Origin: Yuukianura sp. NJ FZ-2021 | Taxonomy: Eukaryota | Reading direction: 5' to 3' | DNA: 64,000 nt | NCBI GenBank assembly: GCA_046563655.1 | Contig: CM102289.1 | Span: 6,138,001-6,202,000 of the forward strand | Shown here: positions 40,070 through 52,340 of the stretch, in pieces | Layout: each line of letters opens with the position of its first letter | How positions within the stretch are numbered: position 1 is the stretch's first letter | Position numbers and translations under genes: made by a program | The notes under the pieces: generated by a model | What the model was told of the DNA's origin: nothing | Seen by the model: the letters and a program-made list of their open reading frames with translations, nothing else | Database searches by the model: none

Positions 40070-40340
40070 GTTCGATTGAAAAGTTGAACTACTACTGAGG
40101 ATATAACCGACTTTCTTTTTGCTGAAAGTTTTGCAATTTTTTTTATCTATAAATCCATAGTTTGAACAAGGATTTTTGTCAATTCAAAAAAAAAAACAAG
40201 AAATGGGAGTTAGTTAGTAAGTTAAAGCCTATGTTGATTGCGCCGGTGCTTCCATGGCTTTTGAATCCCACTGAAAATATAACGACAAGCGAACAGTCGA
40301 TTGCACCCTGGACTTATTGGAACGTTTACAGTATTTGTAA

Positions 40341-40830
40341 CTATAAAACTCTGTCGAGTATCACTGTAAGTTCGAATGCATAAGTAACGAGTTTTCCAAC
40401 AATTTTAATTATCGCTGGCTGGTCGAACATTCCAAATTGCCCTTTAAAGGTCTAAAAGATTTCAGATAATTTTGAAACAGAAGTTGATCCGCTCGAGACA
40501 GACTATATTTTTTGACTTCCTGTGCCTAAACTGTAAAACCTCAGTTGCAGTTCTGTTGACATTGCCAAATTTAAGATGTGCCACCAAAATAAGAAAAATT
40601 GAAGAAAAAGCCCCTATTACGACTAATGGCAAAAGTTGAGCCGATACTTTGTCATTGGATCGAATCAAAACGCAATTACAAAATACTGTAAGTCCGATGT
40701 ATACATAAAAAGTTATTGGCACAGCGGTAGGCGACAAATTCTGGAAAATGTGAATTACGGTTTCATTTCTTTGGCAAAATTCCAAAAAGATACGCCTTCG
40801 ACAACGAAGGCATTTCAGCTATTTCCGGTT
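40341..40830 (-). pseudogene. Degraded last-exon fragment of the same chemoreceptor family
   Basis: Homology to the last exon of paralogs A and B (VFCNCVLI, LVAHLKFGNVN, LKSFRPL, KIVGKLVTY) is broken by frameshifts and deletions; no upstream exons are visible. Confidence 0.7.
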
Positions 40831-41125
40831 GAAAATTTGAAAATATACTGAGAAGTGCTAAGAATGTAATAAATAAACTGTATTTTTTGAAATTTTGTCA
40901 TCATGTTATGTTTGCTTTTATCTGTGTATTTAGCTTGAACAAGAGTTATTAGTTTCGGCTTACAATATAAAAAATAACAAGGAAATCAACGTATTTGCAA
41001 GTTTAACATCTACTGTATGTTTCACTATTGAGTCAGTGTTTGAGTGTTTTTGGATGCTCTTAAAAATTTATCCAATGGTCGACTACCACTGAAGGCTTAG
41101 AGGAACCTTTACAGTATTTTTGTTA

Positions 41126-42488
41126 CTACAAAACTCGGTTGAGTATTACAGTAAGCTTTACTGTATATGCAACGAGTTTTCCAATCACTTTTATCGTTGC
41201 TGGTTTATCGTACAATCCAAATTTACCATTACGAATTTGCAGAGGTTTCAAGGATTTCAGATACTTTGCAACAAGTTTTTGATCTGCTCGAGGTAGGCAG
41301 CCATTTTTAGAATTCTTCTGCCAAAATCGTAAAGTTTTAGTTCCAATTCTATTGATATTTCCAAATTTAAGATGAGCCACTAAAATAAGAAAAATTCCCG
41401 AAAAAGACCCTACTACGATGAATATCAGAAGGTGCGCTGGAATCGTGTTGCGGAATTGAATCAAAATGCAATTGCAAAATACTGCAAGTCCAATGCATAC
41501 ATAAAAAGTCAGTGGCACCAAATAGTCTCCAGAGATTTCATTTAGACCAATCGTAAGTAGTTTCAGGTTTTTGTAAATTCCAATTGCCCTTACATAATGC
41601 TCCACGCTGTCCAGTTGACGCTGTGCTCTAAGTGAAATGGTGAAATTAATTTTGTGAGTTATACTTCTTGTCTTGTACATGATTGTTGGGCTAACATGCA
41701 TTGACTTTGTTACCTTAGCTGACCCAGGAGATGAATAATTACATTGGTTTCATACATAAATATTACTGCCACTTCAACGTACAACAAAGATAGGCCTGCG
41801 GACAACCAGGCAGTGGGTAGTCCAATCACAAATTTTGCTCCAGTTGAGTAGTTTGAAATATTTTTGAAGAAAATTCCAACGGGGAAGTACGGTGCATCTG
41901 GGTTATTTAGAAATTGGATTTGACATACTATAGGAGCAATTACCGCCGGTAGTGTAAATAAAGCTGTAGCAGCGAGGAACTCCTTTTCAAATTTTAAAAG
42001 ATTCGATGTCGTGCAATATCCTAAAAGTCGAAATAGTAAAATAAATCGGTTGAGTATTTTTCTAGTTCTATAAATTCCAACTCCTTACCTTGAAGCCGGT
42101 TGAAGTAGAGCATTGATTGATTGAAGACTACAACAAAGTGTTGTCCCATGGTTACAATGGAGTACTCCCACATGCACACAAGCGATCCACTCATAAGAAG
42201 TAGCATTTCAACTACAAGGGTTTCCAGGTTGTCGTGGATAAAAATCTCGCGAACAGTTACAGCAGTTATGAAAATTTCACCAAAGGCAAGAAAGTACAAT
42301 ATTGCGTTTCGCTTGAGCGGATTCCACCGATATGCTACGAATTCTACAAATTCAGATCGACGCTCCCACTTCATTGGTAGAATCCCAAATAGATACGCTG
42401 CATTGATCAGTAGACGCAAAACGGATTCCAACACCCTACGCTCGAAAATCTTATCGTTTCCCTCTCTATAATTTACCAACGGAAACAT
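41126..42488 (-). CDS. 7TM chemoreceptor (GR/OR superfamily), paralog B
   Basis: Three exons (~42488-42089, 42020-41715, 41627-41126). FGILPMKW, QIQFLNNPDAPYFP, YLKSLKPLQIRNGKFGLYDKPATIKVIGKLVAYTVKL. Confidence 0.75.
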
Positions 42489-43475
42489 TTCTGTGTTTCT
42501 TTCGAATCAAAATTTGAAAAGATACTAACAAAGAAGAGAATACATGAACTATTTTTTGGATTGCTAAAAAGATAATCTAAAGATAAGTATTATTTTGAAG
42601 AATAGATCGCTGTGGTTGACAATTTGAAACCATTACGAAAGAGAGGTAAAGAGTTGACATAGTAGAAAGTTCAAATATTGTCAGACACGATGTGTACTTT
42701 GCATATATAATAAAAATTTAACAACCCATAAAGCGGAACGTGGACCGGAGACATATCGCAACCTTTATGGTATTTCTTAAAACTACAAGGCTTGGTGGAG
42801 AATTACTATAAACTCGACTGAATACGTAATACGTTTTCAAATTACTCTGATCGTAGATGATTTATCGAACACTCCGAAGTTACCGTTATACGAATTTGTA
42901 ATAGCTATAAAGGATTTTACCTACTTTTTTAGGTACAGTGCAAATCCAAATTGAGAAACGGATACTCAGAGTAGTCAGTTCTGATTAGCTGTTGTGTCAA
43001 CCTCCCTAGCCCTACACTGTAAAGGTTCAAAATTATTTCAATTCCCGAACGAGAATATATGACACATGAGTGTTTGTTTGTTGAGAGTTAAGGGAGCTCC
43101 ATTCAAATGTTGAATCTTTACGGTATTAGGTAACCCGCCAGAAAAAATAAGATAACAGTTTCTCAAATTGGAGTTGTACTGTACTTAGATACTAGAGTTT
43201 TATTCGCTTAAGGTAAACAACTATATTTCCAATTATTTAATCTATTAAACCCCAGAACATTATTTGCCATTTCTTTCACATCTGCAAAATAGTGTGCTAC
43301 AGAAACACAATTTGTAGAAAAAGAACAGAAATGGCTAAAAGAGCCGCTAGTGTCACGGGCGACAGAATTTAAGCTGCTGTAGTTGAATCTTATTAAAATG
43401 CAGTTTTGATTTTGATTTTGGTCTGTCCATTTTAAAATGCAAAATTCGGATTTCATACGTTTTCTTGCATACAAT

Positions 43476-44834
43476 CTACAATAACTTATTCACTAACATT
43501 AGAAACTTCACAGTGTACACCACTAGCTTCCCAACTACCCGAATTGTAGACGGTTTGTCAAAAATTCCGAAAGAACCATTCTTAATTCCCAACGGCTTGA
43601 AGGATTTGAAGTACATAGCGACCAGGGCTCGGTCCAACTTTGGAATAGCCAGGCTATTACGGTTTTTTCGCCAAGCCGTAACAACCTTGGACGCCATTTT
43701 GTTAACTTCTCCGAATTTCATATGTGTCAACAGCGGAACGGACATGCAGACGACAGATACCATGAGAAGGAGGAGCAGTACATGTAATGGGATGAGGCCA
43801 TGGAATTTGATCAAGATACAGTTGCTGAAAACAGCAGAGGCAATTGACATGTATACTGTGAATACGATCAAGTAGTTTCCGCAAATTCCATTGAATCCGC
43901 CGATCAGAATCTGCAAATTTTTGTAAATTCGAATCACGCTTAAGAAATGCCGAATTTCGTTGGTGGTGTATGCGCTGCTTGGTCGAGGTCTGAAAAAATC
44001 CGTTCATTAAATTTTCAAAGGTTGGAACAACTTTTAAGTTGTAGTTAATATTTTACCGAATTTCTGACAACAAGTAGATCGCTGTACTGATCTTATAGAA
44101 AAATATGAGTGCACATCCAGTGTAGCATGCCCAGATTCCAGAGTACAGATAGAAAGTGGGTAGACCCAATGCATATTTGAGCGGAAAACTGTAGGCTGAG
44201 ATGTTTTTCAAAAAAAGAGACGTGATGAAGTAATGTGAGTCTGGTTGACGTAAGAATTGTACGTGAACCATCATTGGTGCAGAAAATGACGTTTCCATCA
44301 AAAGGAGGCACGCAACGATCAGCTCCTTTTGAAATACAGGAGTTTTTGGAGACTGCAGCGTATAGCAGTCTAACAAAAGCGGGGGAAAGACATTAGAGAA
44401 ATTATATACAAGCATTTTTTGGATAAATTTTGATTGCTAAATGAAAATTTAGCTTTACCTTCAATTTTCTTCATGTGCACCATCGTTTGATTGTACACAT
44501 GAACCAGCAGAGGTCCCAAGGTCAAAGCAGCGAATTCCCACACACAAACAAGCGTTGTACTAAAAAGTAAAAGTGACTCCCAAACAATGATATCCAGCTT
44601 TTCAAAATCGTAATTCTGAACATCATGTACAAAACTGTGGACTAAATGAAGTTCTGTGACAACCAAAAAGTAGAGGATGAACTGCCTTCCAAATGGACTC
44701 CTACAATATGGCACAAACTCTACCAAATTTGAATTTTTCGGCCAACGCAATGGCAGAATTCGATAAAAATGGGCCGTGTTAACAATAATGCGCGAAACCA
44801 GCTCGAGTTTTTGTGTTAATGGATAAGTTCCCAT
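43476..44834 (-). CDS. 7TM chemoreceptor (GR/OR superfamily), paralog C
   Basis: Three exons. YRILPLRW and YFKSFKPLGIKNGSFGIFDKPSTIRVVGKLVVYTVKF. Confidence 0.75.
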
Positions 44835-45739
44835 TTTATTTTAGGATTTGAAAATGAACCATGTAAGGAACAACGTGGTCGACTAAACTTGAAAATACTA
44901 AAATGGTCTAAAATAAAATACTTGGGAGCGGCAGGACTTAATGTCGATGTTTTTGATGCTATCGATTTCATTTTAGGTTTTCAGGGAATGAATAAACAAT
45001 GGGTTTGTGTTTTGTAGAACCTGAATAGTTGTTCAAAACAACATAACAGCTTAACATTATTTTTAAAATCTACCTTACATGCTGTGGAATTTTAAATTCC
45101 CATGACCCATGACCAATCTAAGTTCCAAAATATTCAAAATTTCCTAGTTTTTAACATTATGCTTATGTTAAGATGTGTTTATCCTTCTTGTTTAAAAAGT
45201 TTTTTTAACTTTTAATTTAATTGCTTTCGAAAATGGTTCTCATACAAATTGAAGCCACTTAACTTATAAAGCTAACTCTAATTAGGTAATAAGAAAAAAA
45301 TTGTAATATAAGAATCAAGTTTCTTTTGATGCAAATCATAATTACGTGTGATGGGCTATTGAGGGAATGACTTTTCCCGTATTTCTGAAGTGGTTGGCTA
45401 ATATTTGGTTTTAATTTGTATTAGCTGTAAATAATAAATAATTAGCTTATAAATATAAATCACAATGTAAAATAATAAATCCAATTTATGGAATTCCGTT
45501 GTCGCCAAAAGCAGTCAGAAAAGTAAAATTCACTGTGTAATGTGTAAAGTGATAGAGTTTTAAAAATAAAACAAATACGAAGGGCATTTTTGATTTATTT
45601 TTAAAACAGCGCAACTTCTTTTTTTTAAACAAAAACACAAGCTTTTAGTACTTCCTTGCGGATAATACAAAAACGTGAGTTTCGACTTAAATTAAGAGGC
45701 CATTTTGCCTGCTTCCGATAACCCAGTTTTCTGTCTAAA

Positions 45740-46608
45740 ATGTTAAAGAATTTGTTAGTGTTGTTAATCCCCTTGACCTTGACACGTTCTGCTGTCGGAG
45801 GGTGTGAAGACAAGCATGTTCACTGTTCCGGATGGGCCAAACGTGGAGAATGTGAAGCCAATCCTGGGTATATGCTCAAAAATTGTGAAGATTCGTGTCA
45901 CCAATGTAAGTTGTATGGTTAAACTGTATTAGTACGTAAAATTAATTTTAAACTAATAGTTAATATATTGTTAAGGTTCATGTGGAGACAACAATAAGGA
46001 GTGCGATGGCTGGGCCAGAACTGGAGAATGCAAAGTCAATCCTACGTATATGCTTGTTCACTGCAGAGAATCTTGCCAAGAATGCAGTTGAGTAACAATT
46101 TAATTAATAATTAATTAATTTAATTATTAACGTTTTAAATATTATCAAAAACCTTCAATTTCATGTTTCTAGAAAAAGCAAGTGCCACAGCTTCTACAGG
46201 TATCCATTACAAGCAAAAAAGCTTAAAAACGAAAAGTAGGTTTTTAGAATTTTGAAGTCAAAACTTTTCAGAATCCTGCAAAGATGACCACGACAGTTGC
46301 GCTGAGTGGGCCGAGAGAGGTGAATGTACTAACAATCCCAGCTACATGTTGCCTATGTGCAAACTGTCGTGCAAACAGTGCAGTTGAGTAAATTTTAATT
46401 GATAATTAACAAATGAAAATTTAGAAGTATGGTTAAACTTTGCTGAACTTTGTTAAAAAAGTATTTTAATGAATTGTTTTGTTTTTGCATAGAAACTCCC
46501 GCTGATGAAGGGGTAAAAAATGACAAGTCTTCTGAAAATCCTTGTATAACTGATCCAACCAATCCGATCTACAACTGCCCAGCTTTGGTGGAATTCCATT
46601 TTATTTAG
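45740..46608 (+). CDS. Secreted protein with three ShKT (ShK toxin-like) domains
   Basis: Signal peptide, then three exon-encoded 6-Cys units CEDKHVHCSGWAKRGECEANPGYMLKNCEDSCHQC, CGDNNKECDGWARTGECKVNPTYMLVHCRESCQEC, CKDDHDSCAEWAERGECTNNPSYMLPMCKLSCKQC, and a last exon ending ...CPALVEFHFI*. Confidence 0.88.
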
Positions 46609-46822
46609 AACTACGCCATTACCAAAATTTCAAAATTCCAAAAACAAAAAATTCTTAACCTCTCGACATGTGTTCATACGGACTCAATTCTTTTCACAAA
46701 GTATGGAATAACTAATAAAATGAAAGTTTGAAAGGGTATTAGAGTCCATATAACTTTCATCACCATATGCATTTCCACTAAAACTAATAATCAAATCATA
46801 GTAAATTTCTTGACACCTTTGT

Positions 46823-48294
46823 TTATTTCGATTTCAACTTGCTTACTACCACTAAAGATCTAACTGTATACACAACAAGTTTTCCAACTACTCGTATAGT
46901 TTTAGGTTTATCGAATATGCCAAAAGGGCCATTTCGAATGCCCACAGGAGCGAAGGACTTGAGATACTTGGCCAGGAGGATTTTGTCTAGCTTGGGAAGG
47001 TCAATGAGCTTTGAAATTTTACGCCAGGTCAACAGAAACTGCACCGACTGCGTGTTAAAGGCACCACAATTGATGTGAATAAGAAGTATGACAGCGGTGC
47101 AGATGATGGACACCGAACCAAGCATAATCACCAACTGAAGTGGTAAAATGTAATGAAATTTGATGAGGACAAGGTTAGAAAAGACAACCAGGAAAGTACA
47201 TGCATCAACACTGGCCATGACAATGTAGTCTCCAGCTAATGAATTCAATCCGGCAGCAACTAGCTGAATGTTTTTGTAAATTCGAATTGCGTTCAAATAG
47301 TGGCGCAATTTTGTTGTTGTGTAGTCGCTTTCTCCTTGTAGGCTGGAAAATATTATAAAAACTCAACTTTTTGCAAACAAAGAACCAGAAAAAGCAAATT
47401 GTCTTAGGTGCTACGTGCAAAAAACTTTTAAACGTTCGAAAAACTGCAATAATAAGGGAAATTTTTACCGTAATTGAGAGAGTATATGTGCAGATGTGTT
47501 GACGCCATACAAGAAGATGAATGCACCACCAGCAAAACATGCTAGAATTGCGTTTATAAACCAAGTGCATGCAAATCGCAGCAAATATATTAGTGGCAAC
47601 GAAATGAGTTCATTGTTTAAGTATGATGGAGTTAAAAAATACTGTAGATTTGGTTCGCGCTCAAATTGAATTTGAAGCATCAGAGGCGTTAAAATGGAGT
47701 GAAGCATATATATCACACCAAAACCTACCATTAGCTTTTGGAATGGCGGTGATTTTGGAGTTGGTAAGTTGAATTTTGCTATTATACAAAAGTAAAAAAG
47801 TTGAAAAGATAAAGCTGTTTGGATTCAGTGTTTGAATTGAAATAAAAACATTGGATTGTTTAGATCAATTTTTAATATCAATTTTTAAAATATACTAAGT
47901 ATAAATTTTTAATTTTACCTTCGAATTGTCTCATGTGAAGCAGGCATTGGTTTAAAAGTGCAGCTTCGGCGGATCTCAATTGAATTATGGCGTATTCCCA
48001 AATACAAACGAGCGTTGCAGTGAAAAAGAGCAGAATTTCTAAAACTAAAATTCCAAGCTTACTCAAATTAAATTGGAAAATGTGCTTCGTAAACCTAAAA
48101 CAGAGGCAAATCTCACAAAATGTTAACAAATAAAACACAAATTCTCGACTGAATGGGTGAAATGTGTACGGCACAAATTCTAAATATTGTGAACGCTTAG
48201 GCCATCTCAGGGGTAAAATGCGGTAAAAATGAGCGGAATTGATTACAAAGCGAATTATTTTTTCAACAATCGGAGTCAATGGGTAGGCTGCCAT
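46823..48294 (-). CDS. 7TM chemoreceptor (GR/OR superfamily), paralog D
   Basis: Three exons. YRILPLRW and YLKSFAPVGIRNGPFGIFDKPKTIRVVGKLVVYTVRS; closest to paralog C. Confidence 0.75.
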
Positions 48295-49340
48295 CCTATT
48301 GAGCCAACTTACTTAGATCAAATGAATTTTTTTCATAATGCTATTTTTGTTTAGAAGAATCCAAATGTAAGAAAAGTTGTACATGTCCTCTGCTACTACA
48401 TAAAACAACGTGTATGATTATTGTCAAATTTCGGAAATCATACACACCCATTTGATGTATCTTTCACAAAAGTTCAAAAACAAATGGACAATAAAACAAC
48501 CTTAAACATAAAAAATATATTATGCCAAAGTAAATTTTGTAGCGTTTAGGATATTTTTTCTTTCACTTTATAACTTTCTTAATCATTGCAAATAGCGTTA
48601 CGTGATAAGTCAGTGTGAATTCATTGAAAAATTAGTCCATTTTCAGGCGGTTGCGGTTTATAAACGGAAAATCTAGCTACACTTCGGTTGTCATTTTTGT
48701 CAAATTTTATTGCTCAAATTCAATGTATTGGCCCAGAAAATCTAAGCTTCATAAGAAATATTGAGTTACACAAACTGACATTGCTTCATGCGATTTTTTC
48801 AATATCTTTTTTGCTTTTTTTTTGTTGTAGTTCTTGGAATAAACTAAACATGAATACTGGTGCGTCATTTTCCTGCACAAATTCCATTGAAATGCTATTA
48901 AGTTGTGTAAATCATACTAAACGGTTTGCTTTTGCAGCTTGAAAGGGTGCCGTTAAGGAGAAACTAAATCAGAATATTTTTGGGCTTCAAAATGTTTTTA
49001 TACCGCTTTACGTTCCAGTTTCACAGCCATAATTTTCGCGTTGCTTCCTTCGCTTTTCCTTTACAAAAGGTTTGACAATTAGCATAGAGTTTATTGCCCT
49101 ACATTTTTTTTTGCAGAGATCTTTTAGAATCTCTTTTGGAAAAAATCTTTTCATAGGATACAGCTGGCACAACCATCAGAGTTTCAGTTCGATGTTACGA
49201 TACGGCCCAACAATCGTTTGTTAGACTGTAATCTTTACAAAAAAATAGAAACAATTTCAAACCGCAGAATGTTAACTTTTGTCTAATTCGTTATACAATT
49301 TGTCTGTGAATTGTGATTAACCGAACAGTGGTTGACATTG

Positions 49341-49758
49341 ATGTCAAATTCCAGTTCCTCCAAAATGACGGAACAATTCAGTAAGGTTTAAGATGATCTA
49401 GGTATCTTATATTATGCATTTCAACTTTCACTTTTAATAAAGAAAATATGATTAAATACTGAATCAGCTTGAAATTAATTTTTAAGATTTTACGTGGTAT
49501 ACTCTCACCACTTTTTTTTTATTCTATAAAAACCAAACTAAAAAGGAATTTTTCCTCAAATTTTTAGACGACGTGATTACAAATGAAACTCAAATGAAGG
49601 TCGTGACGGAAGATGGAATGCGTCAAGCGGAAAGCGGTGCATACTCTGCTGAAGAAAACAACCGAAGAAGGAACAATGGCACTTATACGTGTTGTGGGGG
49701 ATGTTGTTACTGCTGCTGTGAACTGGCTATAGCTGTCCTATTTAATTTGTTTCAATAG
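49341..49758 (+). CDS. Truncated duplicate of the Cys-rich gene with a CYSTM-like hydrophobic tail (possibly a pseudogene)
   Basis: Exon 1 MSNSSSSKMTEQF (GTAAG donor at 49381); exon 2 ...RRRNNGTYTCCGGCCYCCCELAIAVLFNLFQ*. Frameshift and ~265 bp deletion relative to copy 2. Confidence 0.55.
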
Positions 49759-51280
49759 ATACTGGAAACGTAGGGAACATTTACATTCAGAACCCGCCCC
49801 TACTGACTCTGAGTGCTGCTGTTGCTTTTTACTGCCGTCCATTCCAGCTTAAACGCTTTATGACGTTAAGCCATGACAATTTTATGCATGTAGCCTTTTA
49901 AACAACTTTTTGTTCAGTAAATTTCTTACATTAACAATTAAAGTGACAATAAACAAAAATGTTTACGGTTGGAACAGAAATACTTTGGTCTTCTTTTCAA
50001 CAAGACTTCGATCAATATATCTGTCTTTGTCTTTGTGTCGACTTTAATTTTAATGTCTAGTTTAGGTTCACAAGTTTAATTTAATTTAAACTTTTAAACC
50101 TTAAAATTTAAATTTAATTTACTTTCTTCAGTTTACTACCTAATTTCACTGAGGGTGCGTAAAGTGGCCGCCCATTTCTACGTTGTTAATATAACACTCT
50201 GAGTGCAATGTAGACTTAATGAAAACTTATGGCATACATAACACCCCGAACAAAATGGGGTTGATGTTTCAGTGCAAAAAATCCTAAAAAGTGTGACGGA
50301 CGGACGGACAGACAAAGTCGTATCAATAGTCTTCTTCAGCATGTCGTAGACATATCGTAGACACATGAATTCTTAAAGAAGCAAGTGATCTCCTAACTGA
50401 GGGGTCCAATTTATACTTATGTTTATGTTTAAGTTTAAAAGAGATAAGCATAAACATAAACTTACGCAGAGTTTTCCTAAGTGTCTATTGCGTTGCGTGA
50501 GGATAAGTCAGTGTGGATTCATTCAAAATTATTGCAGTTCCGTGCGGTTGTAGTTCATATACGGAAACTGGCTGCGGTTGTTCATTTTTCGTGAAATTGT
50601 TTGTTCAAACTCAAAGTATTGTCCCAGTTAACCTAAGTTTAATAAAAAAAAATATCGATTCAAATTTTTTCACACAAATTTTGGCATTGCGATTTTTTGT
50701 GTAAGTGTAAGTGTAAGTGTATGAAACTGTAGGAAATGGCATTATGTTGCTTACTATATGGAAATTCTGGGAACAAACTAAACTTCACTACATGTTTGTG
50801 AGTCATTTTCCTTCACAAATTGTATTCAATTGCTGTTAAGTTGACTAAATGTTACTAAACATTTTATTTTTGCTCAAAATTTTTGTTCAAAACAATTAAG
50901 CCCAATATTGCCATTCCACTTTTCTTTCCAGCTTCACAAGTAGTCGAACTATGGTTGTGTTACCCATAGTTTTCGATTTGTTGCGTTTAACTTCACAAAA
51001 ATTTAGCAATCCGCCATAGAGTTTATTGCCCTCCAAAAAATTTTTTCGCAGAGATCTCTCTATTACTAGCAGAATCTCATCCAGGACCAATCTCTTCATA
51101 GGACACAGCTGACACACTCCTCAGAACTTCAGCTTGAGGTCATTATTACATAACCTAACACTCTTTTGTTAGATTGTAATCTTTTAAAAAGTTTAAAAAT
51201 AATTTGAAGCTGCGGAATACTAACTTTTGATTTATTCTTCGACAATTTGGCTGTGAATTGTGAGTGACGCCGAACCAGTG

Positions 51281-51890
51281 ATGTCGAATTCTAATGGCCT
51301 GGAAATGACGGAACAATTCAGTAAGGTTAAATATTTGGATAAATGTTTTTTGCAATCTCAATGTACACACCTCAACTTTCACTACTTTAATTTTTAAGAA
51401 TAAAAAAGATTAAACACCAGCTCAGACTGAAATTAATGTTTAACATTTTAGTTGGAAAATAATGTCTTCGCGACTTTCAAAGATTTATACTAAAAAGAAA
51501 GTTTTTCTTAACATTTTATTTTTAGGTGACGTGATTACAAATGAAGGTCAAGTGAAGGTGGTGACGGAAGATGAGATGCGTCAAGCGGAAAGCGGTGCGG
51601 ACTCTGCTGAGGAAAAGAAACGAAGGAGAAACAATGGAACTGATACGTGTGCTGACGGATGTTGTTACTGCTTCTGTGAGTGGCTGGACTACTTAATGTG
51701 TTTCAGATGCTGGACACATGGGGAACATGTACATTCAGAACCCGCCCCTAATGACTCTGAGTGCTGTGAATGTTGTCAAGACGATGGAGAATGTTGTAAA
51801 GACGATGGAGAATGTTGCGATTGCGGAGACTGTGATTGCGACTGCGGAGATTGCGACTGCGGAAGTTGTGACTGTAATTGCGATTGCTGA
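51281..51890 (+). CDS. Small acidic Cys-rich protein with a metallothionein-like CC/CxC tail
   Basis: Exon 1 MSNSNGLEMTEQF; exon 2 from ~51526 ...CADGCCYCFCEWLDYLMCFRCW...ECCECCQDDGECCKDDGECCDCGDCDCDCGDCDCGSCDCNCDC*. 25 Cys in total. Confidence 0.75.
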
Positions 51891-52340
51891 AGTTACGGCT
51901 TAGGAGACAGTAGTTTCTACGTTGATTGCAATTGCAAAAACTGCTTTGATACTGCTAGCAAGGATATTTTTAAATAATCAAAACATTTAGCTCGAAAACA
52001 ACGACATTTGAAAATGAAAACACAATAGAGATTGCTTTTTACTGCCGTCCATTCCAGCTTCACCGCTTTATGACGCTAAGCCATGACCAGTTTATGCAGG
52101 TGACAGTTTAAACAACTTTTTGTTCAACGAATTTCTTAGATAAACAATTAAAGTGACAATAAACAAAAATGTTTATAGTTGGAACAGAAATATTCGACTG
52201 ATTTTTTTTCAACAAGACTTCAATCAATATATCTGTCTTTGAGTCAACTTTCAATTCTGACGTGCAGTTTAATTTCTCAAGTTCAATTTAATTAAACTGT
52301 TAAACCTTAAAAGTTAAGTTTTACTTTCTTCAGTTTAAAA

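Larger units (their letters stand above)
48601..52337 (+). repeat. Tandem segmental duplication (copy 1 ~48601-50135, copy 2 ~50497-52337)
   Basis: Colinear shared sequence from GATAAGTCAGTGTG..ATTCATT through promoter, exons and 3' UTR to TTTACTTTCTTCAGTTTA in both copies. Confidence 0.85.

Noticed and set aside
50140..50470. Spacer between the duplicated blocks with GACGGACGGACAGACA and a small AT hairpin
   Set aside because: May be a remnant of a reverse-oriented HINE-like element, but termini could not be defined.
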